Positions 1 to 9,342 of a stretch of DNA of 33,321 nt are shown one piece after another; position 1 is the stretch's first letter; each line of letters starts with the position of its first letter. This DNA comes from a virus (lineage: Duplodnaviria; Caudoviricetes), in IMG/VR virus record IMGVR_UViG_3300048574_000100, positions 1 to 33,321 of that record. One strand, given 5' to 3'. The notes below the pieces were generated by a model that made no database searches, was not told the DNA's origin, and was given only the letters and a program-made list of their open reading frames with translations. The position numbers and the translations under genes are program-made.

Positions 1-465
1 ATCGGCTCGTGCATGACCAACATCGGCCACTTCCGCGCCGCCGGCAAGATCCTCGACGGCCAGAGCGACATCCCGACCCGTCTGTGGATCGCCCCGCCGA
101 CCAAGATGGACGCGCTGATCCTCACCGAGGAAGGCTACTACGGCGTGCTCGGCAAGAGCGGCGCGCGCATGGAAATGCCGGGATGCTCGCTGTGCATGGG
201 CAACCAGGCGCAGATCAGGAAGGGCAGCACCGCGATGTCGACCTCGACGCGCAACTTCCCGAATCGCCTGGGCATCGACACCAACGTCTTCCTCGGCTCG
301 GCCGAGCTGGCCGCGATCTGCTCGCTGGTCGGCAAGATCCCGACGGTGGCCGAATACATGGAGCGCATCCAGTCGGTCAACGCCAAAGCGGCCGACGTGT
401 ATCGCTACATGTCTTTTGACAAAATACCGGAATTCGTTGAATCCGCAGCAGAAGTTACTATCTGA
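1..465 (+). CDS. acnB: Aconitate hydratase B (bifunctional aconitase/2-methylisocitrate dehydratase), 3' part only
   Basis: Frame open from base 1: IGSCMTNIGHFRAAG...PGCSLCMGNQA...STSTRNFPNRLG...LGSAELAA. These are the AcnB Fe-S cysteine motifs and C-terminus. Confidence 0.97.
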   Translation: MGSCMTNIGHFRAAGKILDGQSDIPTRLWIAPPTKMDALILTEEGYYGVLGKSGARMEMPGCSLCMGNQAQIRKGSTAMSTSTRNFPNRLGIDTNVFLGSAELAAICSLVGKIPTVAEYMERIQSVNAKAADVYRYMSFDKIPEFVESAAEVTI

Positions 466-496
466 TGTCTAAAAAATAGCGTCTGATTACTGCTCT

Positions 497-533
497 GAAA
501 GGCCCGTCGTTACTGATGGGCCTTTCTATTTTT
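497..533. terminator. Intrinsic terminator between convergent acnB and holin
   Basis: GAAAGGCCCGTC-GTTACT-GATGGGCCTTTC hairpin followed by TATTTTT. Confidence 0.75.
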
Positions 534-560
534 AGACAGCTTTTTCGCTACTGGCGGCCA

Positions 561-995
561 TCATTTCGCCACGCCTCTGAACTTCTCCCACGTTCGTGCT
601 CCGGCAATACCGAGCATGCCCGTCACGAGCACCATCAGCGCCTCGACGTCGAGTAGTGGCGGGGGTGGCAGGTTCGTGGCGACGAGGCCGGAGGCTTGCA
701 TGGCGGACCATGCCCAGGTGAGCAATGGATAGAGGATGTACTGGTAACCGAGCGCGGCGACGGACACCCAACCGACGGCCGGCCGCCATCCGGCGACGAA
801 GATGCTGGCGTGCGCCGCTTCAGCTTTGTTCACCTCAATCTGCCCGCCGAGGCGCGCAGTCTCGGCCTGGTAGGCTTCCGTCTCGACGCGGGCGGCCTCG
901 ATCTGCAGCTTGGCGCGCTCCTCGTCGCTCGTGAAAAGGCTGTCGGCGACCTTGCCGACTGTTTCGATGATGCCGCTAATGAGTAGTGGATTCAT
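561..995 (-). CDS. Holin, 3TM/GTA-holin-like family
   Basis: QIEVNKAEAAHASIFVAGWRPAVGW motif, two hydrophobic segments, C-terminal GMLGIAGARTWEK; adjacent to the endolysin. Confidence 0.8.
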   Translation of the reverse strand: MNPLLISGIIETVGKVADSLFTSDEERAKLQIEAARVETEAYQAETARLGGQIEVNKAEAAHASIFVAGWRPAVGWVSVAALGYQYILYPLLTWAWSAMQASGLVATNLPPPPLLDVEALMVLVTGMLGIAGARTWEKFRGVAK

Positions 996-1510
996 ACCAC
1001 GTCTTTCAAAGTTCTATTCACCCAGCCAAGCAGGAATTTCTGCTGCGAACGATCTCGCGTCACGATGTCGCGGTACCGGGCCAGCTTTGCCAGGGCGAAC
1101 GCAAGGACGAATTTCTCCGGGTCCATCGCGTTGATCGCGGCCAGCGTCTTCGGTCCGAATGCCCCATCCGGGGTGACGCCGGCGACGATCTGCGCCAAGC
1201 GGACGGCAACGGCCGGCCGGCCGGGTGCGCTGGAGTTGACGGCAAAATCGAAGATGCTGCGCGCGACGGCCTGCGCGGAAATCTCGTCCCCGCGGATCGG
1301 CTGCCAGTAGCCTTCCCGGTAGAAGTCGCGCACCAGTTCAGTTGGCGGAATTTCTCCGCGATCAATACAGGCCCAGCCGGGCCACTGCGGATTCATGTTG
1401 CGCGCGATGCCGGCGTAGGTCTGCCCGCCCTTGTCACCAACCACGTTGTGCAGCGTGTATCCGCCTTCGTTGCGGATCATCGACTCGTAGGCTTGAAGGA
1501 AATCGGCCAT
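992..1510 (-). CDS. Endolysin, glycoside hydrolase family 108 with peptidoglycan-binding C-terminus
   Basis: Start reassigned to ATG 1510 (MADFLQAYESMIRNEGGY...DKGGQTYAGI); also DGAFGPKTLAAIN and KFLLGWVNR motifs. Confidence 0.88.
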   Translation of the reverse strand: MADFLQAYESMIRNEGGYTLHNVVGDKGGQTYAGIARNMNPQWPGWACIDRGEIPPTELVRDFYREGYWQPIRGDEISAQAVARSIFDFAVNSSAPGRPAVAVRLAQIVAGVTPDGAFGPKTLAAINAMDPEKFVLAFALAKLARYRDIVTRDRSQQKFLLGWVNRTLKDVV

Positions 1511-1512
1511 GC

Positions 1513-1854
1513 TCACCCCCTGTTGAAAAATGGCAGCGCCAGGCCCAGCTTCGCCGCGGCGCCGACGGCGGCCAGCATCAGGACAATCTTCAGCACCGAG
1601 AACAGGCCGTCGATACCCTTCGAGAGCAGAATGCGCCGGGCGTCCTCCCAAAATCGCTTCTGTTCCTCCGCGGCGTCGATCAGTCCCTGGTGATAGGTAC
1701 GGTGCGCTTCCAAGTCGCCTCCCGGAAAGGCCTGCTCCCACAAAGCGCGCTCCCGCTCTTCGTATGCATCGAAGTGACGCGCCACGATCAGCTCCACGGC
1801 CTCAATCGTTGGTTGTCGGCGTCGTTCCGGCCCGTCGTATGCTTCTTCGTTCAT
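1513..1854 (-). CDS. Lysis-cassette membrane protein (putative holin/antiholin)
   Basis: 113 aa, YDGPERR N-terminus, one C-terminal hydrophobic helix, immediately upstream of the endolysin. Confidence 0.55.
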   Translation of the reverse strand: MNEEAYDGPERRRQPTIEAVELIVARHFDAYEERERALWEQAFPGGDLEAHRTYHQGLIDAAEEQKRFWEDARRILLSKGIDGLFSVLKIVLMLAAVGAAAKLGLALPFFNRG

Positions 1855-1921
1855 CGGTTTGGCTGCTCCGGTTAGCGATACGGGTCCGCCCCTACTGACG
1901 CCTGTGTCTGTATGCGGCTAT

Positions 1922-2299
1922 TCACAACGTCATGGCATCTGCGATGAATCCGTGTAGATCTGTGACCCCTAGAAGGACGGCCACTTGCTGCACGAACGGA
2001 TTGTCTTCGCTGAATTCTGTCGCGAAATGCCAGCCGTCCTTAATCTCCACCGGCGTTGCGGCTTGGGAGACGTAGGATTCAACCGTGGCGCGCAGACCTT
2101 CCTTATTCAGCTTTTTGCGCATCTGCCATGGCGAACACGAAAGGACTGGAACGGGCATTGGATCGGCAGGCTCCGGGGAGTTTCCATGGGCCAACCATGC
2201 AAGATACTCCTGATAGTCCTGGTTGCAGGGATCACAGGGGATATAGGCGTTGTCCGACAATCGGATAACAGTGTCAGTAAGCGTCAATTTGTAGTTCAT
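1922..2299 (-). CDS. Putative tail fibre assembly/chaperone protein
   Basis: Start reassigned to ATG 2299; [27 protein letters not shown] motif typical of genes following phage fibres. Confidence 0.7.
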   Translation of the reverse strand: MNYKLTLTDTVIRLSDNAYIPCDPCNQDYQEYLAWLAHGNSPEPADPMPVPVLSCSPWQMRKKLNKEGLRATVESYVSQAATPVEIKDGWHFATEFSEDNPFVQQVAVLLGVTDLHGFIADAMTL

Positions 2300-2301
2300 A
2301 T

Positions 2302-3711
2302 TTATAGCTCCGAGTCGGCGGTCCAAGCCCCTCCGGATACGCCCATGTAGTTTGAGCAGCTCGTGACATACAAGGAGAAGCCTTCGGCGTTTTGTCCGAC
2401 CACCTGAACCGCTCCGGGCGTAGCTCCTGGAGTGCCATTGATATAGTAGGAAGCAGAGAAAATCGTGCATGTAGGGATTACGCGCTTTGTTACTGCGAAG
2501 GAGACCGTCTGCATCCCGGCTGTTGCCCCTAAAGTGGCATACCCTTGGAACTCAGGATGAAAATAACCATACTCGAAGTACCTTTTGCACAGGATTAACT
2601 CCATCCCATACGGGCGATGCTCGAAGGGGGTAACGATACTTCCTTGCTCGTACTGAACCTTCGCAAGGGTCCCAATGCCGAACTCTACGGACTGGTTTGT
2701 TCCGCCTATCGCCGTACCGGTGACGCCAGACGCGCCATAGGCCCCGGAATCCACACGCCCCTGTGCGGTCCCAGACCAACTCAGAACATGCGTCCCGCTG
2801 ATCAGACTTGATCCCTCGATGACTTGCACCAATGATCCCGCGGTAATGTTAAGCGTGGTGACATTGTTGGCTATCGAAAACGTGTAGGTGCAACCCGATG
2901 CCCCCGCTTTCCATCGGTCATGACCGTAAGCACCTGCCGCCAAGGCCACGGTTCCGGTCACGGCGCGTTGGTTGATCGTGAATCCCCCATTGGTGATTTT
3001 GTTGCGCATCGACATTTGAGAGTCGATCCACGACGCAACTGCACCGTTGGTAACCATCGGGCCGGAATGCCCGCTTTGTACTGGAATTGCCGATGAGGCT
3101 GCCTGTGCAGCGCTGTTTGCTGCTTGCGTCGCACTGATCGTCGCCGCAGATGCGCTGTTTGCTGCTTGCGTCGCACTGATCGTCGCCGCAGATGCGCTGT
3201 TTGCTGCTTGCGTCGCACTGATCGTCGCCGCAGATGCGCTGTTTGCTGCCGAGGTGGAACTGGAGGCTGCGGCAGATGCGCTCACCTGCGCGGCGGCAGC
3301 GGCCTGGGCGGCATCTTCTCCCGACGTGAAGCCGAACTGAATCCACTTCGCTAGGTCGATCACAACCCCTGATGTATGCGCCACCGTGCAGCAGTACGTG
3401 TATTCGCCGGACGAGCAGATGTCATTGACGGCGTAGTCCGTGTCCGGCGCCCACAGTCCGCGCAGGTTGAACCCGCCCATCAGATTAAGCACTTCCTTCG
3501 TGAGCGTGGAAACGCCGACGGTCAGATCGCCAAGCCGGCCGTCGTCGCGCTGGATCAGCGCGAGGTTATCGATGGTGGCATTCACCGTCGTTTGGATGTT
3601 GGCAAACTCCGTGTCCAGCGCCGCGGTATTGACCGTCGATCGGCCGGAAGCGTTGATCGCCTCCTGTTGCGAGAAGTCCGTCGTCGGGGTATAAGGATTC
3701 GGTTGAGACAT
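2302..3711 (-). CDS. Tail fibre / receptor-binding protein
   Basis: N-terminal anchor (LDTEFANIQ...LIQRDDG), Ala/Ser coiled-coil repeats, [14 protein letters not shown]...DRW and [19 protein letters not shown] fibre motifs. Confidence 0.85.
   Translation of the reverse strand: MSQPNPYTPTTDFSQQEAINASGRSTVNTAALDTEFANIQTTVNATIDNLALIQRDDGRLGDLTVGVSTLTKEVLNLMGGFNLRGLWAPDTDYAVNDICSSGEYTYCCTVAHTSGVVIDLAKWIQFGFTSGEDAAQAAAAAQVSASAAASSSTSAANSASAATISATQAANSASAATISATQAANSASAATISATQAANSAAQAASSAIPVQSGHSGPMVTNGAVASWIDSQMSMRNKITNGGFTINQRAVTGTVALAAGAYGHDRWKAGASGCTYTFSIANNVTTLNITAGSLVQVIEGSSLISGTHVLSWSGTAQGRVDSGAYGASGVTGTAIGGTNQSVEFGIGTLAKVQYEQGSIVTPFEHRPYGMELILCKRYFEYGYFHPEFQGYATLGATAGMQTVSFAVTKRVIPTCTIFSASYYINGTPGATPGAVQVVGQNAEGFSLYVTSCSNYMGVSGGAWTADSEL
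3110..3249. repeat. 42-bp tandem repeat (3 perfect copies plus a partial) in the tail fibre
   Basis: GCGCTGTTTGCTGCTTGCGTCGCACTGATCGTCGCCGCAGAT at 3110, 3152 and 3194, partial at 3236; encodes [14 protein letters not shown]. Confidence 0.95.
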
Positions 3712-3790
3712 GGGGATGGTCCTTATGGAAGAGCTTCTTCGAGGCGCAGCAGCCGGGCTTGGCGTAGCGTTGTGGGCATGGATCGCATCG

Positions 3791-5851
3791 TCAGTCCCCT
3801 ATACCCGTTCCAGCCGCCCCGGCGACCCCTCCCATCCCGCCCCCCAGAATGCGCGAGAGGAGTTCAAGCTGTTTTGCGGGGATGTCCGCCGGCTGATTGC
3901 GAAGCTTCGCGCCAAGCGCTGAATTGACGGCGTGCTGGTTCTCCGCAGCGGTTTTGGCTATATTCAACAGGCCGACGCTCTGCGGCACGCCGGGGATGCG
4001 CGAAAGCCATCCGAGATCCGCCAGGGCTGACGCCGTGTTCGAGGTATTCACCGGCGCGAAGGCCGGGAAGCTGTTCATGTAGGCGCCGACCCGGCCGATC
4101 CGGGTGATCTGCTCGACATCCTCCGGCGAGAAGAACGCCGCCAGCTTCTGCCGCATGCCCGGCTGGTTAATGAACCGGGAAAACCGCTCGGGAGAGAACG
4201 CCTTGTCGCCGGTGTTCTCGCCGAACGCCGCGCGCTCCAGTGCTGCGCCGAACTGATGGCGCGCCTCCGCGGCGGCATCCTCCGGCAGCGCGCCGGCCAA
4301 TGCCCGCACTTCGTCCGCCTTGCCGTTGATCAGGAACCGCCGCACGAAGTCCTGTGCATTGACATCGCCGTTCACTGCCGCCTTGAGCGCAGGAATCGCC
4401 TCGTGCGTCTTGAACCGGTCGCGGGCCATGCCGCGCGCGGTGTCGAACATCATCTTCGCGTCCTCGCCGACGTTATCGGCGATGCCGGCCTTGTTCAGCG
4501 CGTCGCGCACGGCGCCGACAGCCTTGGCCTGCGCCGGGTTCCCACTGTTCATCGCGGCCCGCTGGGCCTGAGAAAGCACGCTGTCAATCTGCACGGCGGT
4601 ATTGACGTTGAACGGGATCTTCCCGAGCGTGACGTCATTCAGGATGCCGCGTACCTCCTCCGGCAACCACCGCCCGAGCATCTGTTCGTCCAGCGTGGCA
4701 TTGGCCTGCTGGCTGAATCCGGCGCTGTCCATCGGCGCCGCCCGGCCGAGGTGATCGCGTGCCTTCCCGTAGGCCGCGTCGACCTGGGTCTTCGCGGCAT
4801 CGTCGACGCTGCGCAGGGACGACAGCAGGGCCTCGCCGGCGGAATTCTCGTCCGCCGCGCCCCGCGCCCGGCCGGTGATCAGATCCTGCAGGCGCGTGTT
4901 CTGCTGCTCCAGCCGCTGCATGAGCGGTTCGCCGACGCCGGAGACGCCGCGCAGATTCCGCTCGCGCGCGAACTGTGCCGGGTCCCGGGTGATCTGCCCA
5001 AGCGTGGGATCGATGCCGAGGGCGTCGAAGTCCTGCTTCCGCAACAGCGCCGCCGGGTCGATTTTCTGCCCGCCGTCCAGCGCTTGGCTGACATGCTGCC
5101 GCAACGTGTTGATCTGCGCCCGATCCAGTTCGATACCTTCGCGGCGGAAGCGATTGACCGTCTCGCGTAGGATGGCGTCGGCCTGCGCCGCCTTCTCCGC
5201 GGGGGAGAGCGCCGCCACCCGGCGGGTGACGGCTTCGCCGAGGCTCGACGCCACAGGCGCCAGCGCGCCGCCGGCGGCAGCGCCGGAGGCCGTCTGGAGG
5301 ATCTTCTCGGGGAGGTAGCTCTGGTCGGCATTCACGACCGGCGCCGCGGCCCCGCCCAGAGCGCCCGCCCGCGCTCCCTGCGCCACCTTGCCAAGCTTCG
5401 TTGCGGCGTTGATCGGCGCCGCCTGGGCAATGACCAGGTTGGCCGGCGACGCCACGTTCCCGGCGAAGCGGGCCGCGTCGAACCCATCCCGGCCGGCGGC
5501 GGCGCGTGCCTGTTCGTACTCGGCGTTCTTCGCGTCAATCGCTTGGTTGATGGTGGTGTTTTGCCCGAGCCCGGACAACTGCGCAGCCCCGACAACGGGG
5601 TCGGCAGCGCCAAGCATCACACCATGCACAGCAGAGCCTTTTCCAAGACCGACGCCAGCGACTGAAGGATTTGAAAGCCATTGCTGCGCCCCTTTCGGCA
5701 GCATTGAGACGAGCTTTTCGCCGAGGCTCAGTTCCTGATCGTGGATCGGCCGCTGGGCCTGGGGCGGCTCGGCAGCGCTTTGCGACGGGATCAGGTCGTC
5801 GAAGCCCCGACCGCCTTGCCGAGCCGGCAGCAGATCATCGAACGCGCCCAT
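3791..5851 (-). CDS. Putative DNA ejection / internal virion protein (686 aa, P22 gp16-like position)
   Basis: Ala/Gly-rich helical protein with FDDL N-terminal repeats; last of the ejection block before the fibre. Confidence 0.7.
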   Translation of the reverse strand: MGAFDDLLPARQGGRGFDDLIPSQSAAEPPQAQRPIHDQELSLGEKLVSMLPKGAQQWLSNPSVAGVGLGKGSAVHGVMLGAADPVVGAAQLSGLGQNTTINQAIDAKNAEYEQARAAAGRDGFDAARFAGNVASPANLVIAQAAPINAATKLGKVAQGARAGALGGAAAPVVNADQSYLPEKILQTASGAAAGGALAPVASSLGEAVTRRVAALSPAEKAAQADAILRETVNRFRREGIELDRAQINTLRQHVSQALDGGQKIDPAALLRKQDFDALGIDPTLGQITRDPAQFARERNLRGVSGVGEPLMQRLEQQNTRLQDLITGRARGAADENSAGEALLSSLRSVDDAAKTQVDAAYGKARDHLGRAAPMDSAGFSQQANATLDEQMLGRWLPEEVRGILNDVTLGKIPFNVNTAVQIDSVLSQAQRAAMNSGNPAQAKAVGAVRDALNKAGIADNVGEDAKMMFDTARGMARDRFKTHEAIPALKAAVNGDVNAQDFVRRFLINGKADEVRALAGALPEDAAAEARHQFGAALERAAFGENTGDKAFSPERFSRFINQPGMRQKLAAFFSPEDVEQITRIGRVGAYMNSFPAFAPVNTSNTASALADLGWLSRIPGVPQSVGLLNIAKTAAENQHAVNSALGAKLRNQPADIPAKQLELLSRILGGGMGGVAGAAGTGIGD

Positions 5852-7260
5852 CAGAACGCCCCCTGTGTGATGCCCATGTCGCGCAGGCGCTGGATGACGG
5901 CGCTTCGCGGCGCGCCGTTCTTCACGGCCCGCTGCGCGTCGGCCAGGGCGTCACGCTCCGAGGCATACCCGAAATCGGAGAACGATTTCTTCTGCTCGCC
6001 CTTGGCCTGGCCGCTGTGCTTCAGGTTGTACGCATCGCTGACGCGCCCCCGGGCGCTGCCTGCGTACTCGACGATCTTCTTCAGGCTGTCGCGCATCTGC
6101 TCGACCGACTGCGCGTTCTCCAGTGCGGCCAGGTTCGCTTCGAGGCGCTTGCCTTCAGCATCCGACACCGCGCCGAGCGCGCCGCCCGTCTTGGAGTTGT
6201 TGCGCATATCCTGCAGCACGCCGAAGCCGACCTGCGATTTGAGCGTGTTCAGCTTGGCCTGCGCGTCGGCAGCGGCGGTCCCAGGAATGTTGGGAATGAC
6301 GCCGCGCACGCCGGTGATGCCGTTCAGTCCGGGGTGATTCAGCACCTCGTTCGCCGCCGCGGCCAGCCGGTCGAAATTGTTGAGCGAGCCGTTGAGCGCG
6401 GCCGTGTCTTGGTTGAACTGCCCCTGTATTTTCAGGTCGGCCGGGCCGCCCGGGATGGCTTCCATCGTGCCGTCTGCTTTCCAGCGGTAGCCCGGTGGCG
6501 GCTTCCCGCCGCCGCGTTCGTTGGTCGCCTGAATCCTATGCAGTTCGGCGGACGCCACTGCATTTCCGGCCTGAGCGCGATTCTCGGCAATGGCTGAGGC
6601 GTTCTTGTCAAGGTACGGCTGATTGAACGCCACCTTGCCGGTGGATTGGTCGCCGGTGCCGAATTCGGCGAACTTGTACAGGTCGCCCTTGCGCGCCGCC
6701 TCCAGGCCATTCAGTCCCTGCACGCCGCCGGCGGCCAGCGCCTGATCGATCTGCGCCTGCTTCGCGGCATCGACGTACGCCTGTGCCATGTTGTGCGAGT
6801 CGCTGTTACCTGTGCCGGCGAGATTGCCCATTGTCGCGGCGCGTGCGGCCATGTACCGGTCGAGTACCGCCGGCGTGGCGAAACTCGGCGCCGACTTGGG
6901 CGTGATCTGCGGCGGGCCGTACTGATCGGGCGGCAGCGCCTCGATGTTGGTCCCCCATCCGCCCGTCCTGGCGAAATTCTCCAGTTCGGCGCCTTGCGTC
7001 TCGGGCAGTCGGGCCAGGGTGGCGGCCAGTTTCGTGCCGTACTCCGGTGTCTGGAACGCAGCGCGGCGCTTGATCTCGTCAGCCTTTTGCGTGTTCAGTT
7101 CGGCCTGCGACTCCGAGTCCCGCGTCTTGGCCCCGAGCAGTTCCTGTTCGGCCATGGTCTTGGCCATGGCGTTGTAGCCCGCGTCGTAGGCCTTCTGCCC
7201 GCCGAAAATGCCTTTCCCGATGTTGGAGAAGGCCTGTGCGATTGCAAGTCCGTTGGCCAT
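5851..7260 (-). CDS. Putative DNA ejection protein (469 aa, gp20-like position)
   Basis: PPGYRWKADGTMEAIPGGPAD and GALGAVSDAEGKRL motifs seen in podovirus ejection proteins; overlaps the next gene. Confidence 0.7.
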   Translation of the reverse strand: MANGLAIAQAFSNIGKGIFGGQKAYDAGYNAMAKTMAEQELLGAKTRDSESQAELNTQKADEIKRRAAFQTPEYGTKLAATLARLPETQGAELENFARTGGWGTNIEALPPDQYGPPQITPKSAPSFATPAVLDRYMAARAATMGNLAGTGNSDSHNMAQAYVDAAKQAQIDQALAAGGVQGLNGLEAARKGDLYKFAEFGTGDQSTGKVAFNQPYLDKNASAIAENRAQAGNAVASAELHRIQATNERGGGKPPPGYRWKADGTMEAIPGGPADLKIQGQFNQDTAALNGSLNNFDRLAAAANEVLNHPGLNGITGVRGVIPNIPGTAAADAQAKLNTLKSQVGFGVLQDMRNNSKTGGALGAVSDAEGKRLEANLAALENAQSVEQMRDSLKKIVEYAGSARGRVSDAYNLKHSGQAKGEQKKSFSDFGYASERDALADAQRAVKNGAPRSAVIQRLRDMGITQGAF

Positions 7261-7263
7261 TCC

Positions 7264-7992
7264 TTACCCCATCAGGTTGAGTTTGGAATACTTCGCCGCA
7301 TTGCTCAGGCTCGGGCTCGAAAGCAGGTTGGCGTTCCCGAGTCCATTCCCGACGTCGGCGCCGGCGGTGGAAGCGGTTCCGAAGGCATCACCGAGCCCGC
7401 CCGAGAGATACGCCGTGCCAAGCCCCTGCGCGAACCCGCCGAGCGCCATCTGCCCGGAATCCACCTTGCCCGCCGCGACGATGCCAGGTTGCGCGGCGCT
7501 GTAGTCGCCCTTGGCGTTGCGGCTGATCGTCGCCAGGTCGGAGGCGTAGTTCGCATTCGTGAGGGCTTCGTCGTTCAGCATGTCGTTGACGCCGCGCACC
7601 CGGCCCATGAGCCGCGCCATGTCCACCGAGTCCTGGAACTGCTGCGCGAGCTTGCTCGACCGGTCGGCGATGAACGAATCCGACAGCTTCCCGGAGGCCT
7701 GCGCCGGCGTGCTGATCTCCTCTCGCGACTTCACCAGCGACTGCGCCAGGGACTCGCCGGCGGCTTCCTTAGCGTCTTCGAGCCGTTCGGCACGCTTGGT
7801 CATGTCGTACTCGTCGGCGTTCTCCAGCGCCTTCTGCTCGGCCTTCCGCGCCCATTGGTCCTGCTGCGTCAGGGCGGCGTTGATGGCGTCCTGCTGGCGC
7901 TGCGCGGCGTCGTTCGTGGCATCGGCCTGCGTTTTCGCCCCGTAGGCGGCCGCGATGGCGGCGGCGGCGTAGGGCACCCATGCGTAGCACAT
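7264..7992 (-). CDS. Putative internal virion/ejection protein (242 aa)
   Basis: Start reassigned to ATG 7992 (MCYAWVPYAAAAIAAAYGA); Ala/Gln-rich helix, Gly-rich C-terminus. Confidence 0.7.
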   Translation of the reverse strand: MCYAWVPYAAAAIAAAYGAKTQADATNDAAQRQQDAINAALTQQDQWARKAEQKALENADEYDMTKRAERLEDAKEAAGESLAQSLVKSREEISTPAQASGKLSDSFIADRSSKLAQQFQDSVDMARLMGRVRGVNDMLNDEALTNANYASDLATISRNAKGDYSAAQPGIVAAGKVDSGQMALGGFAQGLGTAYLSGGLGDAFGTASTAGADVGNGLGNANLLSSPSLSNAAKYSKLNLMG

Positions 7993-7994
7993 GA

Positions 7995-8936
7995 TCAAGT
8001 CCCCGACTTCGACACGGTGCCGGACGTGCCGGACGTGTTGGAGAAATAATTCCCGGTGTTGCTGCCGTAGGTCTTCGCCGCGGCGGCGCCCTTGTTGTAG
8101 GAATTCGTGTTGTAGGCGTTCAGCAGGTCGGAGAACACGTTCGCCATCTGCTCGGACTGCGCTTCGTTCTTCGAGGCCTCGGCGTTCGTCTGCAGGGTGC
8201 TCAGGGCGTTCGCGACTGCCGTGTCCTGGTCGACGCCGGCGACGATCTTCGAGATCAGGTTCAGGCGCGCCGTCTCGTCGTTGTTCTTGAGGTTCGTGTA
8301 GGCCGTGTCCGCGCGGTTGGCGACGCTCAGCAGGCCTTTGTCGAGCGCCTTCTGGTACTCCGTATCCATGTCGTTCGCCATCGACGATCCGACGATGCCC
8401 ATGCGGGCCTTGGCGAACTTCAGCTGGCGCTCGGCGTCTTCCCGGTCTTCCTCGAGCTGTTTGGCGTAGTAGGCGCGTGTGTCTTCCTTGGTGGAGTCGT
8501 ACAGCGAAGAACGCGCTGCGGCGTTCTTCGAGGCGTCGGACTCGACGGTCTGATACACGTCCTGGTAGATGGGCGTATAGCTGTCCTTGTTGCTGGTCTC
8601 GCTGGCATCGGAAACCCATTGGTCATCACCCTGGACCCAATGGCCGCCGCCATCGTTGTTGAGCGGACTGAGCTTGTTGTACTGTTCGACGCTGATGGGC
8701 TTGGTCGTGCTCCCGTCACCGAACTGGTAGCCGGTGATGATCTTTTCCCCAGTGGGAACCTGCGACGTGGAACTGCCGACGCCGAAGATGGCATTGACCG
8801 CATCGGTTCCGGCGGCGATGCGCGCCTGACGCGCGGCTTCCTGCTCGGCAGCGGTGTTGTCGCTTTTGCTGCTGCCCTTGAGGTACAGCCGCCGTCCGTC
8901 CGCCGAATACCCGCTAAATTTGATCCTCGATAGCAT
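7995..8936 (-). CDS. Putative ejection/pilot protein (313 aa, gp7-like position)
   Basis: Basic N-terminal leader ending RRLYLKGSSKS, helical body; first gene of the ejection block. Confidence 0.65.
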   Translation of the reverse strand: MLSRIKFSGYSADGRRLYLKGSSKSDNTAAEQEAARQARIAAGTDAVNAIFGVGSSTSQVPTGEKIITGYQFGDGSTTKPISVEQYNKLSPLNNDGGGHWVQGDDQWVSDASETSNKDSYTPIYQDVYQTVESDASKNAAARSSLYDSTKEDTRAYYAKQLEEDREDAERQLKFAKARMGIVGSSMANDMDTEYQKALDKGLLSVANRADTAYTNLKNNDETARLNLISKIVAGVDQDTAVANALSTLQTNAEASKNEAQSEQMANVFSDLLNAYNTNSYNKGAAAAKTYGSNTGNYFSNTSGTSGTVSKSGT

Positions 8937-9342
8937 GTCGTACCACCTCGTAGGTTTTCTCGAAGCCGTATCGCGCCAGAAACCGCGACATGGCCGAGGA
9001 GCACGAAGCCTCGATTACCGTGACACCCATACCGTACAACCATTTTTTGAACGTGACGAAAAACCGTTCGTAGGCTTCCGCCATGTTCCTCCCGCCCAGT
9101 GCCATGATGTTGCAGGCCGACATGCGCGGGTAGTGCAGGAATTCGAAGACCATCGCCAGGACGACTTCACCGTCGTCGATCGCAATGGCGGCTGTTGCGG
9201 TTTTCCCGACGCACGCCCGGCGCAGATCATCGAGGTTGAATTCCCCGCGCGCCGCGTGCTCGACGACCGGGCGGATCAAGCGCTCGACGTCCGGCCAGTA
9301 GCGCGCCAGCAGTGTGTCGTCGGTCAGGAATAGAGGCGTCAT
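8914..9342 (-). CDS. GNAT-like virion morphogenesis protein
   Basis: 142 aa; NIMALGG...GVTVIEASC...RFLARYGF acetyltransferase-like pattern. Confidence 0.6.
   Translation of the reverse strand: MTPLFLTDDTLLARYWPDVERLIRPVVEHAARGEFNLDDLRRACVGKTATAAIAIDDGEVVLAMVFEFLHYPRMSACNIMALGGRNMAEAYERFFVTFKKWLYGMGVTVIEASCSSAMSRFLARYGFEKTYEVVRHAIEDQI
9031..9062 (-). promoter_or_regulatory. Candidate late promoter, copy 3 (inside the GNAT gene, upstream of ejection genes)
   Basis: - strand TTTTCGTCACGTTCAA-N10-TACGGT; 15/16 match to the other two copies. Confidence 0.5.

Noticed and set aside
1922-3711. Diversity-generating retroelement acting on the tail fibre
   Set aside because: No reverse transcriptase and no template/variable repeat pair visible in the window
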